A DNA stretch of 64,000 nucleotides from Acidobacteriota bacterium (GTDB lineage Bacteria; Acidobacteriota; Vicinamibacteria; Marinacidobacterales; Marinacidobacteraceae), in NCBI GenBank assembly GCA_022828085.1, contig JAJEIY010000036.1:151783-215782 (forward strand), read 5' to 3'. A program made the translations under genes and the position numbers. Below, one piece after another: positions 18,754 through 28,460 of the stretch. Each line of letters begins with the position of its first letter. Positions within the stretch are counted from its first letter, which is position 1. The notes beneath the pieces were generated by a model, which worked only from the letters and a program-made list of their open reading frames with translations, made no database searches and was not told where the DNA came from.

Positions 18754-21131
18754 GCGGCGGGCGCGACATGAGCGCAATCGACCGCGCCCTCGGGCGCTGG
18801 GAGGGGACCGCTTCCCGGCGCGACTTCCTCAAGTCCTCGGGCCTCTTCGTCTTCGGCCTGAGCGCCCTGGGCGCCGCCGGCGAAGGCCTCGCGGCCCAGC
18901 CCGCGGCCGACGGCCCCTATCCCGATCCCGACTTCCTCCAGCTCGACTCGTGGCTCGTCGTCCACCCGGACGGCAGCGCGACCTTCTACGTCGGCAAGAC
19001 CGACGGCGGCCAGGGGACCGGGACCGCCACCCGGCAGATGATGTGCGACGAGCTCGACCTCGCCTTCGACCGGGCGACGGTGGTCATGGGACGCACCGAC
19101 CTGACCGTGGACCAGGGCGGCTCGGGCGGCTCGGACGCGATCGAGCGCGACGCCATGGTGGGGCGCCGGATCGCGGCGGAGGCCCGGCGGGTGCTGCTGG
19201 AGATGGCGTCCGAGCGCTTCGGCGCGCCGGTGGAGGACCTTCGGGTGAGCGAGGGGGTGATCTCGCGCGCGAGCGATCCCTCGCAGACGGTCACCTACGG
19301 GGAGCTGGTGGGCGGCCGGCGCTTCGACGTCGCGCTGACCGGCGCCAACATCAACCAGACCGCCGGCGTCGCGAGCATCAAGCCGGTGCAGGACCTGAAG
19401 CTGGTCGGCCAGTCGATCCCGCGCTACGACATCCCCGCCAAGGTGGACGGATCGTTCGAGTGGGCCGTCGACGTCAACCTCCCCGGGATGGTCCACGCCC
19501 GGAACGTGCGTCCGCCCTTCGCGGGCGCGACGCTGACCGGCGTCGACGAGTCCTCGGTGAGCGGGATGCCCGGCTTCCTCCGGGTGGTGCGCGAGGGGAA
19601 CTACGTCGCGGTGGTGTGCGAGCGCGAGGAACAGGCGATCGAGGCCGCGGAGGGCCTGGCGGTCACCTGGGAGAAGCCCGCCACGGCGCCGTTCCCGGCA
19701 TCGGACGACCTCTTCGACTACCTGCGGAGCGCGGAGCCGGAGCCGAACCCGGGCGGACGCTGGGCGGCGGAGGTCGAGGGCGATCCCGACGCGGCGCTGG
19801 CGGGCGCCGCGACCGTCGTCGAAGCCGCCTACGACGTTCCCTTCCAGGGACATACGGCGATCGGGCCCGCCCACGCGCTGGCCGATCCTTCGGACGGCCA
19901 GATGACGATCTACACGAACGACATGAAGCCGTACAGCCACCGGACCGGGATCGCCGAATTCCTGGGCATGCCGCCGGAGCGGGTGCGGGTGATCTGGATG
20001 GAGGGCCCGCAGCTCTACGGGCGCACGGCGGCGGACGACGCGGGTTTCGAGGCCGCCTACCTCGCGAAGGAACTGGGGCGCCCCGTCCGGGTCCAGTGGA
20101 TGAGGCACGAGGAGACGGCGTGGGACACCAAGGGTCCCGCCTTCGCCATCGACCTCCGGGGGGGACTCGATGCGGACGGCAGCCTGGTCGCGATGGACTA
20201 TCAGGGCCGGATCGCCAACTACGCGCACGTCGGCTACAACCAGGCCCGGACGGTGCTCATCGCGCAACTGATGGGCCTCCGGCCCGAGCGGCCGGCGCCC
20301 GGGGGCGCCGGCGGGCCGGACGCCATGTACCACGTCCCGCACCGGCGCGAGGAGACGCGCGCGGTCCGCCTCCCGCTGGTCTTCGAGACGCCGCTCCGCA
20401 CCGGGAACCTCCGCGACCCGAACGGCCCGCAGATCACGTTCGCCGCGGAGTCGTTCATCGACGAGCTGGCCGCGGCCGCGGATGCGGACCCGGTGGAGTT
20501 CCGGCTGCGCCTCCTGCGGCGCGCCTCGGACGACGACGAGATCTTCCGCCGGGCGCGCTCGATCGCGGTGGTCGAAGCGGCCGCCAAGGCCTACGGCTGG
20601 GATGCCCGGCCGTCACCCGCCCGAGTGGGCAGCGGGCGTCTGCTCACCGGGCGGGGCATCGCCTACGCCTACCGCGCCCGCACCACCGTCGCCGTGATCG
20701 CCGAAGTCGAGGTGGACCGCGAGACCGGGCAAGTGCGCGTCCCGCGAATGGTGTGCGCCCACGACTGCGGCCTCGTGATCAACCCGGACGGCCTCGAGAA
20801 CACCATCCAGGGGAACCTCCTGCACGGCATCAGCCGGACGCTCTTCGAGGAAGTCCGGTTCGACGGCGAAAAGGTCACGAGCGTCGACTGGCGCACGCAT
20901 CCGACCCTCACCCACCGCGACGCCCCCGAGCGCATCGACATCGTGGTGGTGAACGGCGACCCGAACCCCGACCGCCCGGACCTCAAGCCCTACGGAGCCG
21001 GCGAACCCTCCCACAAGCCCGTCCCCGCGGCCATCGCGAACGCCGTCCACGACGCCACGGGCGTCCGGATGCGCCGCCTCCCGCTCCGCCCGGAACGCGT
21101 CCTCGCGGAGCTGCAAGCCGCCGGGATCTAG
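18750..21131 (+). CDS. iorB: molybdopterin-dependent oxidoreductase large subunit (IorB/aldehyde oxidase-xanthine dehydrogenase family) with Tat signal
   Basis: 793 aa; twin-arginine motif SRRDFLKSSG. Start overlaps the iorA stop (ATGA). Long match to the Moco-binding xanthine dehydrogenase/aldehyde oxidase superfamily. Confidence 0.9.
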   Translation: MSGGRDMSAIDRALGRWEGTASRRDFLKSSGLFVFGLSALGAAGEGLAAQPAADGPYPDPDFLQLDSWLVVHPDGSATFYVGKTDGGQGTGTATRQMMCDELDLAFDRATVVMGRTDLTVDQGGSGGSDAIERDAMVGRRIAAEARRVLLEMASERFGAPVEDLRVSEGVISRASDPSQTVTYGELVGGRRFDVALTGANINQTAGVASIKPVQDLKLVGQSIPRYDIPAKVDGSFEWAVDVNLPGMVHARNVRPPFAGATLTGVDESSVSGMPGFLRVVREGNYVAVVCEREEQAIEAAEGLAVTWEKPATAPFPASDDLFDYLRSAEPEPNPGGRWAAEVEGDPDAALAGAATVVEAAYDVPFQGHTAIGPAHALADPSDGQMTIYTNDMKPYSHRTGIAEFLGMPPERVRVIWMEGPQLYGRTAADDAGFEAAYLAKELGRPVRVQWMRHEETAWDTKGPAFAIDLRGGLDADGSLVAMDYQGRIANYAHVGYNQARTVLIAQLMGLRPERPAPGGAGGPDAMYHVPHRREETRAVRLPLVFETPLRTGNLRDPNGPQITFAAESFIDELAAAADADPVEFRLRLLRRASDDDEIFRRARSIAVVEAAAKAYGWDARPSPARVGSGRLLTGRGIAYAYRARTTVAVIAEVEVDRETGQVRVPRMVCAHDCGLVINPDGLENTIQGNLLHGISRTLFEEVRFDGEKVTSVDWRTHPTLTHRDAPERIDIVVVNGDPNPDRPDLKPYGAGEPSHKPVPAAIANAVHDATGVRMRRLPLRPERVLAELQAAGI

Positions 21132-21162
21132 CCCGCGCAGGGCCCCTCGGCCCTATCGCGCG

Positions 21163-21215
21163 TACGGCTTGGAACGCCGGTCTCCGACCGGCACCGCGGC
21201 CCGCAGGGCCGCGAA
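21163..21215 (+). repeat. intergenic double-hairpin repeat, copy B, between convergent iorB and sulfatase
   Basis: GGCTTGGAACGCCGGTCTCCGACCGGCACCGCGGCCCGCAGGGCCGCG. Both stems are kept by compensatory changes relative to copy A (GCCGGTC/GACCGGC and CGCGGCCC/GGGCCGCG). Confidence 0.6.
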
Positions 21216-21271
21216 ACCGCACACCGCCGACCAGCGACGGGCGCGGCGCGTAGCCCGGAGCGTCCGGACCC

Positions 21272-22654
21272 TCAGCGGTATCCGCGCGCTTCGAGCGCCT
21301 CGCCGAGTTCCGGTGACACGTCCGGACCCGGAGCGCCACCACCCTCGTTCTCCTGCCGCCACGCCACCGTCTGGATCCGCCGTGTCTCCAGTTGCGCCTT
21401 CAGCGGCTCCATCGAAAAGCGCGCCTGCTCATAGACGTTCTCGGCCTCGTTGGGGTCCCGAACGAGGTTGAACAGCGCGAACAGGGGGGCTTCCTGGCCG
21501 GGAACCGGAATGCGCAGCATCCGCAGCCGGCCGTCGTAGACGCCGAAGAGCCCGCGCTCGGACTGCGCGTAGAGACGCCGGTGGGGACGCGGGTCGTCTC
21601 CGAGCAGCGCCGGAACCAGCGACTTGCCGATCGTCCCCAACGGCAGGGTGTCCGCGGGCGGCACGCCGATCAGCTCGAGGGCCGTGGGGCCGACGTCGCC
21701 GAGGCCCACCGCCGATCCGAAACGCGTTTCGGTGGGGACCCGGCTCCCGTCCCCGCCGGGCCAGCCGACCAGCAGCGGCACCTCGAGCGTCTCCCGGAAC
21801 AGGGTGCGCGGGGACTCGAAGGGGGGGCCGTGTTCCCCGAGCGACTCGCCGTGCAACCCGGCCACCACGAACAGCGTCCTGCCTCGCAGCGGACCGGACG
21901 CCACGCTCGCGAGCACGGCGCCGGCCGCGCGGTCCACCGACCGGATGGAGGCGTCGTAGCCGTCCGCCAGCTCCCCGTAGCCGGCGCCGGGAGCGACCGC
22001 CGCGGTCGGCTGGGCCCCGCCCCGGAACCGCGGGCCGGCGGGGGTCATCGTGTCGCTCCGGACGGCGCTCAGGTCCTCTTCCGGCGGCGCGTGCGGCCGG
22101 GCGGGCGCGGCGAAGTGGAGCCAGAGGAACACGGGGGCGGCTTCGGTGGCCGCTCCCAGCGCCTCGATCCCGAAGTCCCGCACGCGACCGGTGGCGGCGG
22201 CCCCGTCGCCCCAGTGCTCGCGGAACTCGTCGAAACCGCTCCCGAAGCCGAGCTCGGCGGCGAGCGCGGGATGACTGACCGCGGCGAGGGTCCGGTAGCC
22301 GTGCTCGCGCAACCGGGCCGCGAGGGTGGCGCCCTCGAGCAGCCGGGCGGGCTCCCCCCGAGTGCTCCGGCTCGGGTCCACCCCGGTGAGAATCGCCGCC
22401 GCGGCGCGCCCGGTCTCGGGCCAGGGGGTCAACGCTTCGAGGAACACCGCCCCCGACGCCCCGAACAGGTCGAGGTTCGGACTGATGTTGCGCGGATAGC
22501 CGTAGATCCCGAGGTGGTCGGCGCGCAGTGAGGAGACGGTGACCAGGACCAGGTTGGAGCGCTCGGTGGGAACCTGCGGCCCCGAATCGCCGCACGCCGC
22601 CGCGGTGAGCGCGGCCAGCGCCGCCGCCGCGAGGCGAACCGGCCAGACGTTCAT
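21272..22654 (-). CDS. sulfatase-like hydrolase/transferase (alkaline phosphatase superfamily), lipoprotein
   Basis: 460 aa from MNVWPVRLAAAALAALTAAACGD (lipobox). LVLVTVSSLRADHLGIYGY metal-binding motif. The start overlaps the tsaE stop (ATGA). Confidence 0.8.
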   Translation of the reverse strand: MNVWPVRLAAAALAALTAAACGDSGPQVPTERSNLVLVTVSSLRADHLGIYGYPRNISPNLDLFGASGAVFLEALTPWPETGRAAAAILTGVDPSRSTRGEPARLLEGATLAARLREHGYRTLAAVSHPALAAELGFGSGFDEFREHWGDGAAATGRVRDFGIEALGAATEAAPVFLWLHFAAPARPHAPPEEDLSAVRSDTMTPAGPRFRGGAQPTAAVAPGAGYGELADGYDASIRSVDRAAGAVLASVASGPLRGRTLFVVAGLHGESLGEHGPPFESPRTLFRETLEVPLLVGWPGGDGSRVPTETRFGSAVGLGDVGPTALELIGVPPADTLPLGTIGKSLVPALLGDDPRPHRRLYAQSERGLFGVYDGRLRMLRIPVPGQEAPLFALFNLVRDPNEAENVYEQARFSMEPLKAQLETRRIQTVAWRQENEGGGAPGPDVSPELGEALEARGYR

Positions 22655-23106
22655 CGACCCTCCGCCCCGGCCCGGATCTCGATACGGCGGGCCCCGTTCG
22701 CTTCCCGAACGAGACGCACCCGCGTCGCGTCCGCCCGCCGGTACGGTCCGAGCCGTTCCGGCCACTCGACGATCACCACCGCATCCTCTTCCTCCATCTC
22801 CTCGATGCCGAGTTCCCGGAGTTCCTCGGGGCGCTCGATCCGGTAGAGGTCCAGGTGGTACACCGGGCGCGCTCCCTCTCCGTAGCGTGACACCAGGGCG
22901 AAGGTCGGACTCGTGACCTGCCGGGGGTCCACGCCGTAGTGCCGCGCGAGCCCCTTGGCGAAGACGGTCTTCCCGGCGCCCAGATCTCCCTCGAGATAGA
23001 AGGCCCGGCAAGCGGGTTCGCGGGCCGCGAGGCGGGCCCCCGCTTCGAGCGTGTCCTCCGGGCTGCGGCTGGCGACGGCGTCCGCCGACGCCGGGGAGGC
23101 CGTCAC
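22651..23106 (-). CDS. tsaE: tRNA threonylcarbamoyladenosine biosynthesis ATPase TsaE
   Basis: 151 aa; Walker A GDLGAGKT; YHLDLYR and EWPE motifs typical of YjeE/TsaE. GTG start. Confidence 0.85.
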   Translation of the reverse strand: MTASPASADAVASRSPEDTLEAGARLAAREPACRAFYLEGDLGAGKTVFAKGLARHYGVDPRQVTSPTFALVSRYGEGARPVYHLDLYRIERPEELRELGIEEMEEEDAVVIVEWPERLGPYRRADATRVRLVREANGARRIEIRAGAEGR

Positions 23107-24686
23107 GGCGACACCTCCCGGCGCAACCGGTGCACCGCCCGGCCCAGGTGGGCGGCCACGCCGGATGCGGTGACCGCGTCTTCCCCGCTGCTCTTGCGGG
23201 CTTCCCCCCCGGCGAGTCCGTGCAGGAACACGCCCGCGGAGAGCGCTTCGAGCGGGGCCAGGCGGCGGGCGAGCAGCGCTCCCACCACTCCGGTGAGGAC
23301 GTCGCCGGAGCCGCCCGCGGCGAGTTCGGGCCCGCCGGAACGGTTCACGAACACGGCGCCGCGCGGGTCGGCGATGAGCGTCCCCGGTCCCTTGAGGGCC
23401 ACCGCGGCTTCGGTTTCCCGGGCGAGGCGCCGGGCCGCCCGCAGGCGGTCTTCCTGAACCTCCGCGCTGGTCAGCCCGAGCAGCCGGGCGGCTTCTCCCG
23501 GATGGGGCGTCAGCGCCAGTCCCGGCCGCTGGGCGAGGCGCGAGGCCCTGTCGGCCCACGCGTTCAGCCCGTCGGCGTCCAGCACGAGCGGCAGCGAGGT
23601 GGTGAGGACGATCCGGCGCACCGCCTCCTTCGTTTCCTCGCCGCTGCCGAGGCCCGGCCCGAGCGCGATCGCATCGCCGGCGAACCGCGCGATCTCCGGT
23701 ACCCCGTCGAGGGACATCTCCCCTTCGCCGGACGCGGGCAGCGGCAGCCGCATCGCCTCCGGAGGCAGCTCCGTCAGCCCGTCGGCCGGGCCCGCAACGG
23801 TCAGCAGACCGACGCCCGCGGACAGGGCGCCCTGCGCCGCGAGCGCCGCAGCGCCGGGCATGCGCCGGGAGCCCGCAACGAGCAGCAGTCGGCCGAGTTG
23901 TCCCTTGTGGACGCCGGGCGCCCGCGCGGGGAAGAAGGGCGCCACCCGGCGTTCGTCGTTGGTCCGGACTCCCGCGGTGCCGGCGTTCAGCCAGACGCGC
24001 GGGATCCCGATCTCCGCGACCCGGATCTCCCCGCAGGCGGCGCTCGCCGGATAGACGAAATGGCAGATCTTCGGCGCGGCGAGCGCCACCGTGAGATCGG
24101 CGCGAAAGCAGAGGTCGGGCGCCGCCCCCGTATCCGCGGAAAGGCCGGTCGGGATGTCCACCGCGATCCGGACCGCGTCCCGGAACCGTCCGACGTGATC
24201 CAGGTCGGCGATCACCCGGGCGGCAAGCCCCCGGAGCGGGCCGGAACTCCCCGTCCCCAGGATCGCGTCCACGATGACCCCGGGGCGGGGGGCGGCGAGG
24301 CCGTCGGGGCCGGTCTGCCGGAGCGCCCATTCCCAGGTGGCTTCGTCCGGGCAGGGCACGACATGGAGGGCAAGTTGCATCGCGGTCTCGTAGTTCGCCT
24401 TCGTTTCTCCGGTGAGCCGTTCCGGGTCGGCCAGCAGCACGGCGGTGCCCCGCAGTCCGCGCGCCGCCAGCGCCCGTAACGCCACCAGGCCGTCGCCCCC
24501 GTTGCCGCCGCGCCCGCAGAGGATGAGGATCCGCCGGCCGCCCGCGCCCGATTCGGCGGCGACGATGTCGGCCACCGCCCGCCCCGCGTTTTCCATCAGG
24601 ACGCGCGCCGGAACCCCGGCCTCCTCGATGGTGTGGCGGTCCGCGTCGCGCATCTGCTGCGCGGTCAGCACGTCCATGGCGTCCAT
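23103..24686 (-). CDS. nnr: bifunctional NAD(P)H-hydrate repair enzyme (epimerase/ADP-dependent dehydratase)
   Basis: 527 aa; N-terminal YjeF-N (LILCGRGGNGGDG) and C-terminal carbohydrate-kinase-like domain (GSGDVLTG). Confidence 0.9.
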   Translation of the reverse strand: MDAMDVLTAQQMRDADRHTIEEAGVPARVLMENAGRAVADIVAAESGAGGRRILILCGRGGNGGDGLVALRALAARGLRGTAVLLADPERLTGETKANYETAMQLALHVVPCPDEATWEWALRQTGPDGLAAPRPGVIVDAILGTGSSGPLRGLAARVIADLDHVGRFRDAVRIAVDIPTGLSADTGAAPDLCFRADLTVALAAPKICHFVYPASAACGEIRVAEIGIPRVWLNAGTAGVRTNDERRVAPFFPARAPGVHKGQLGRLLLVAGSRRMPGAAALAAQGALSAGVGLLTVAGPADGLTELPPEAMRLPLPASGEGEMSLDGVPEIARFAGDAIALGPGLGSGEETKEAVRRIVLTTSLPLVLDADGLNAWADRASRLAQRPGLALTPHPGEAARLLGLTSAEVQEDRLRAARRLARETEAAVALKGPGTLIADPRGAVFVNRSGGPELAAGGSGDVLTGVVGALLARRLAPLEALSAGVFLHGLAGGEARKSSGEDAVTASGVAAHLGRAVHRLRREVSP

Positions 24687-24730
24687 TGTAGGAAAGGGGC
24701 CGGGAGGCGCTCCGCGTACCCTTTTCGCCC

Positions 24731-25681
24731 GTGACGCTCTACTTCCCGGAATCGCTGGTCCGCGAAGCCCTTCCGATGCGGGACGCCCTGGACGCGGTCG
24801 AGGAGGTCTTCCGGGAGCTCGGCGAGGGGGGAGCCCAGAACCGGCCCCGGCAGCGGGTCCGGGTCCCGGGCCGGATGCTGCACACGATGAGCGCCTCGAG
24901 TGCCGCGCTCGGCTACCTGGGGCTCAAGACCTACCTGACGGCCCGGGACGGCATGCGCTTCGTGCTCCTTCTCTTCGACCAGGAGACCGGATCGCTTGCC
25001 GCAATCATGGAAGCCGACGCCCTCGGGCAGATCCGGACCGGCGCCGCCACCGGGGTCGCTGCGGACTACCTGGCCGCTCCCGGCGCGTCCACCGCGGGGA
25101 TCGTGGGGTGCGGAACCCAGGCCGAAACGCAGTTGGAAGCCCTCGCGCTGGTGCGCCCGCTCACCCGGGTGGAGGCGTTTTGCCGCAATCCCGAACGGCG
25201 AGCCCGGTTCGCCCGGAAGATGTCCGGCCGGCTCGGCGTGGAGGTCGTAGCGGCGCCCAGCGGGGAGGCGGCGGTCCGCGGCAAACCCATCGTGATCGCG
25301 GTCACGAATGCCGCCGAGCCGGTCGTCCGGGGCGCGTGGCTCGCCGCGGGCGCCTTCGTGGCGGCGGCGGGAGGAAACTCGCTCGGGCGACGGGAACTCG
25401 ACGGCGCCGCGGTGCGTCACGCCGGCCGCATCGTGGTGGACGACCGGGAGCAGGCACGGATCGAGTGCGGCGATCTGGCGCCGCTCGTCGCCGCCGGGGA
25501 GTTGCGGTGGGACGACCTGGAGACGATCGGCGAGGTGGTGGCGGCCGGAAAGGGGAGCGCGGCGGCAGGGCCGGCGCTGTTCGAGTCCCAGGGAATCGCC
25601 GCCGAGGACATCGCGGCGGCGGCGGTCGTGTACCGGCGCGCGAAGGCCGATGCGACGGCGTTCCCGGCCGGAACGGGATAA
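24731..25681 (+). CDS. ornithine cyclodeaminase/mu-crystallin family protein
   Basis: 316 aa; Rossmann GCGTQA motif and OCD family architecture. GTG start. Confidence 0.85.
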   Translation: MTLYFPESLVREALPMRDALDAVEEVFRELGEGGAQNRPRQRVRVPGRMLHTMSASSAALGYLGLKTYLTARDGMRFVLLLFDQETGSLAAIMEADALGQIRTGAATGVAADYLAAPGASTAGIVGCGTQAETQLEALALVRPLTRVEAFCRNPERRARFARKMSGRLGVEVVAAPSGEAAVRGKPIVIAVTNAAEPVVRGAWLAAGAFVAAAGGNSLGRRELDGAAVRHAGRIVVDDREQARIECGDLAPLVAAGELRWDDLETIGEVVAAGKGSAAAGPALFESQGIAAEDIAAAAVVYRRAKADATAFPAGTG

Positions 25682-25698
25682 GCGGATAGAATCGCCCC

Positions 25699-25926
25699 AT
25701 GACTTCCTTCCTGTGGGTCCCGGTCCTCCTGGTCGGCCCCTTCGGGGCGACCGAACTCCTGATCATCCTGGGGATCGTCATCCTCATCTTCGGGGGTTCG
25801 CGGCTTCCCCAGCTCGGGAAGGGTCTCGGAGCCGGAATTCGGAACTTCCGGAACTCCATGAAGAGCGTCACGAACCCGGATGCCGGTTCCGACGACGACT
25901 CCTCCTCCGACAAGAACGCCGACTGA
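25699..25926 (+). CDS. tatA: twin-arginine translocase subunit TatA/E
   Basis: 75 aa; GPFGATELLIILGIVILIFGGSRLPQLGKGLG is the TatA signature. Confidence 0.85.
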   Translation: MTSFLWVPVLLVGPFGATELLIILGIVILIFGGSRLPQLGKGLGAGIRNFRNSMKSVTNPDAGSDDDSSSDKNAD

Positions 25927-25974
25927 GCGACTGCCGGCGCCGCGTGGGGAGTCCCTCCGGCCGCCGATAGACCG

Positions 25975-26022
25975 CACGGTTTCGCCTCGCTGCGCTCGGC
26001 GATGCCGGCCGGAGGCCGGCGC
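25975..26022 (-). repeat. intergenic double-hairpin repeat, copy D (more diverged), between convergent tatA and the MBL gene
   Basis: CGCTGCGCTCGGCGATGCCGGCCGGAGGCCGGCGCGCCGG contains the GCCGGCC-GGA-GGCCGGC hairpin and a CCGGCG/CGCCGG palindrome. Confidence 0.5.
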
Positions 26023-26027
26023 GCCGG

Positions 26028-27104
26028 CTAGACCACGACCCGCAACCCGTCGTGGGCCCGCTCGAACGCCAGGCCGGTCGCGCCCAGAACGTCCTCGCCG
26101 GTGTGCACCAGGAGCACCCGGCGGGCTGTGATCCGGGACGCCGCCTCCTCCAGCTCCCGATGGGAGGTGTGACCGGGAAGCGCTTCGAGTGACGTGCACT
26201 CGTGGATCAGGAGGTCGGCCGCCGCCGACTCGGCGATCAGTTCGTCGCTGAAGGCGGTGTCGCCCGAATAGACGACGGTCCGGCCGCCGAGGTCCAGCTT
26301 CCACGAAAACGCCCAGGCTTCGGGCTGGTGGCGCGCCGCCAGGGCCCGGGCGAAGCCGCCTTCCAGGGCCGCCGGCAGGCCGATGGTCTCGCCGGGGAGC
26401 GCCTCCGTGATCTCTTCCTCGAACGGGATGGACAGATCGCGGTAGAGGCAATCCCGGAGCGCCGCCAGCCGTTCCCGCGCGCCCGGAGGGGCGATGATCC
26501 GGAGCGGTTCGCTGCGTCCGCTCCGCATCGCGTCGAGTTCGAGAAACGGGACCCCCCCGTAGTGGTCTCCGTGGAAGTGGCTCAGCACCACGGCCCCGAG
26601 ATCGTCGCTCGTGAGCCCCTCGGCGCGGAGGGCGGCGTGGCACCCCGGACCGGCGTCCAGCAGGAGCCCCAGCCGGCTGCCGAGCGCCCGCACGAAGATC
26701 GCGGCCTGGCGCTTCCCGCCGGCGCCGAAGGCGTCGCCCGTCCCGAGAAAGCGCACCTCGACTCCCTCACCGGCGCTCTCGGGTCCGGCCGGCCGGGGAT
26801 CCCGCGCCACCCGCTGGCAGCTCCGGCAGACGAAGGGTCGCCGCCCGTCGCCTTCCGCCTGCGGGTCCAGCGCGCGGTCACAGCGCCGGCAGCACTCCAG
26901 CCGGGGCGGCGGAAGCGCGGCCGCATGCCGTTCGAGCATCTCCGCGACGAACGCCACGATGCGTTCCCGGTCCCCCGCGGCGAAGAGCCGGGAGTCCTCG
27001 AGCGGGTCCTCGTCCGGCCGCGGCCGGGCGCTGAGGCGGACCTCGACGGTCCGGCCGGAACCGTCGTCCTCGTCGGGGTCGGCGAGGATCCGGATTTCGA
27101 GCAA
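26028..27104 (-). CDS. MBL-fold metallo-hydrolase with N-terminal tetracysteine zinc-ribbon domain
   Basis: 358 aa. The N-terminal ~110 aa carries CCRRC...CRSC. The C-terminal HFHGDH motif and downstream His/Asp ligands are typical of the metallo-beta-lactamase fold (RNase Z/Pce-like). Confidence 0.75.
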   Translation of the reverse strand: MLEIRILADPDEDDGSGRTVEVRLSARPRPDEDPLEDSRLFAAGDRERIVAFVAEMLERHAAALPPPRLECCRRCDRALDPQAEGDGRRPFVCRSCQRVARDPRPAGPESAGEGVEVRFLGTGDAFGAGGKRQAAIFVRALGSRLGLLLDAGPGCHAALRAEGLTSDDLGAVVLSHFHGDHYGGVPFLELDAMRSGRSEPLRIIAPPGARERLAALRDCLYRDLSIPFEEEITEALPGETIGLPAALEGGFARALAARHQPEAWAFSWKLDLGGRTVVYSGDTAFSDELIAESAAADLLIHECTSLEALPGHTSHRELEEAASRITARRVLLVHTGEDVLGATGLAFERAHDGLRVVV

Positions 27105-27115
27105 ATTTCCCGCGG

Positions 27116-27958
27116 TCAGCCCCCGGCGCTCGCGGGCAGAAAGGCGAGATCGCGGTCCGGATCGAACGGCGTCGCGAGACCGGCGGGCCGGTAGCCGCGG
27201 AGGTCCACCGCCACCCGGCGGTATCCGAGACCCAGCAGGCGCTCCGCAAGGTGGCCCCCGACCTCCGTGCCGAGGGCGCGGGCAATCTCTCCGGGCGGCA
27301 GCTCGATGCGTGCGAGGTCCCCGTGGTGGCGGACCCGGAAGGCGGAGAAACCGAGCTCCCGGAGCGCCTCTTCACCGGCCTCGACCTGGTTCAGGACCCC
27401 CGCGTCGATCTGGATCGTGCCGGGAACGCGGGAGGCGAGACATGCTGACGCCGGTTCCTCGGCCACCGGCAGGCCCAGTTCGCGGGCCAGCGTCCGGACG
27501 GCCGCCTTGCCGATTCCGGCCTCGAGGAACGGCGAGCGGACGCCGTGGAGCGCCGCCGCGCGCCGTCCCGGGCGGATGTCCCCCACGTCGCCGGCGTTCG
27601 TGCCGTCCAGGACGGCGGCGAAGCCGCGCGCGTCGGCGACCTCCCGCAGCAGGCCGTAGAGCTCGTTCTTGCAGTGGAAGCAGCGATCCGCACCGTTCCG
27701 GCGGTAGTCCGCGGAGGCCAACTCGTCCGTCGCGAGCCACTCATGGGGCATGGGATGGGCGCGGAGGACCGACTCGACGAGCCCCTGCTGATGACGGGAG
27801 AGGCTCGCGCTCACGCCGGTGACCGCCAGGCTGCGCTCCCCGAGCGCCAGGTGGGACAGGACCGCCAGCGTCGCGCTGTCCACCCCGCCGCTGAGCGCCA
27901 CGACCGCCGAGCCCTCCGCCTTGAGAGCGGCCAGCAGGGTGTCCCGCGCCTCAGGCAC
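27116..27958 (-). CDS. LarE-family PP-loop ATP pyrophosphatase (TIGR00268-type; sacrificial sulfur transferase-like)
   Basis: 280 aa. SGGVDS PP-loop, AVLDGTNAGDVGDIRPGRRA, PASACLASRVPGT (cysteine aligned with the LarE sacrificial Cys) and FRVRHHGDLARIELP align with L. plantarum LarE. GTG start at 27958 overlaps moaC. Confidence 0.85.
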   Translation of the reverse strand: MPEARDTLLAALKAEGSAVVALSGGVDSATLAVLSHLALGERSLAVTGVSASLSRHQQGLVESVLRAHPMPHEWLATDELASADYRRNGADRCFHCKNELYGLLREVADARGFAAVLDGTNAGDVGDIRPGRRAAALHGVRSPFLEAGIGKAAVRTLARELGLPVAEEPASACLASRVPGTIQIDAGVLNQVEAGEEALRELGFSAFRVRHHGDLARIELPPGEIARALGTEVGGHLAERLLGLGYRRVAVDLRGYRPAGLATPFDPDRDLAFLPASAGG

Positions 27959-28460
27959 CGTCGGCCCTCCAGTCGCCGCTCGCCCCGCCGCTCTTCTCGA
28001 GGAGGCGGACCGGCCCGATCACCATCGCCCGGTCCGCGGCCTTCAGCATGTCGTAGACCGTGAGGGCAGCCACACAAGCCGCGGTGAGCGCCTCCATCTC
28101 CGCCCCGGTGGAGGCCCGGCAACGGATCCGGGACACGATGCGGACCCCGGTCTCCTCGAACGCCGCCGAGACCTCGGCGTGGTCGAGGGGCAGGGGATGG
28201 CACAGCGGGATCAGGGTGGCGCAGGACTTCGCCGCCTGAATCCCGGCGAGGCGCGCGGTGTCCAGCACGCTGCCCTTGGGTGCGTTCCCGCGGCGCGCCA
28301 TCTCGAGCGCCTCCTCCGAGACCTTCACGAAGGCTTCGGCGGCGGCTTCGCGCGCGGTGACGGGTTTGGCTCCCACGTCCACCATGCGCGCGCTTCCCCC
28401 GGAATCCACATGGCTGAGGGGCGCCGCGGACGCCGCGCGCTCAGAACCGCCGGAACTCAT
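27951..28460 (-). CDS. moaC: cyclic pyranopterin monophosphate synthase MoaC
   Basis: LSHVDSGGSARMVDVGAKPVTAREA...CHPLPL MoaC signature. Possibly starts a few codons downstream of the ATG at 28460, which overlaps the moeA stop (ATGA). Confidence 0.9.
   Translation of the reverse strand: MSSGGSERAASAAPLSHVDSGGSARMVDVGAKPVTAREAAAEAFVKVSEEALEMARRGNAPKGSVLDTARLAGIQAAKSCATLIPLCHPLPLDHAEVSAAFEETGVRIVSRIRCRASTGAEMEALTAACVAALTVYDMLKAADRAMVIGPVRLLEKSGGASGDWRADGA

Noticed and set aside
18684-21253. 552-aa minus-strand and 767-aa alternate plus-frame ORFs across the iorB region
   Set aside because: Antisense or out-of-frame to iorB. They are Arg/Gly/Pro/His repeats, while the iorB frame has the Tat motif and Moco-enzyme homology.
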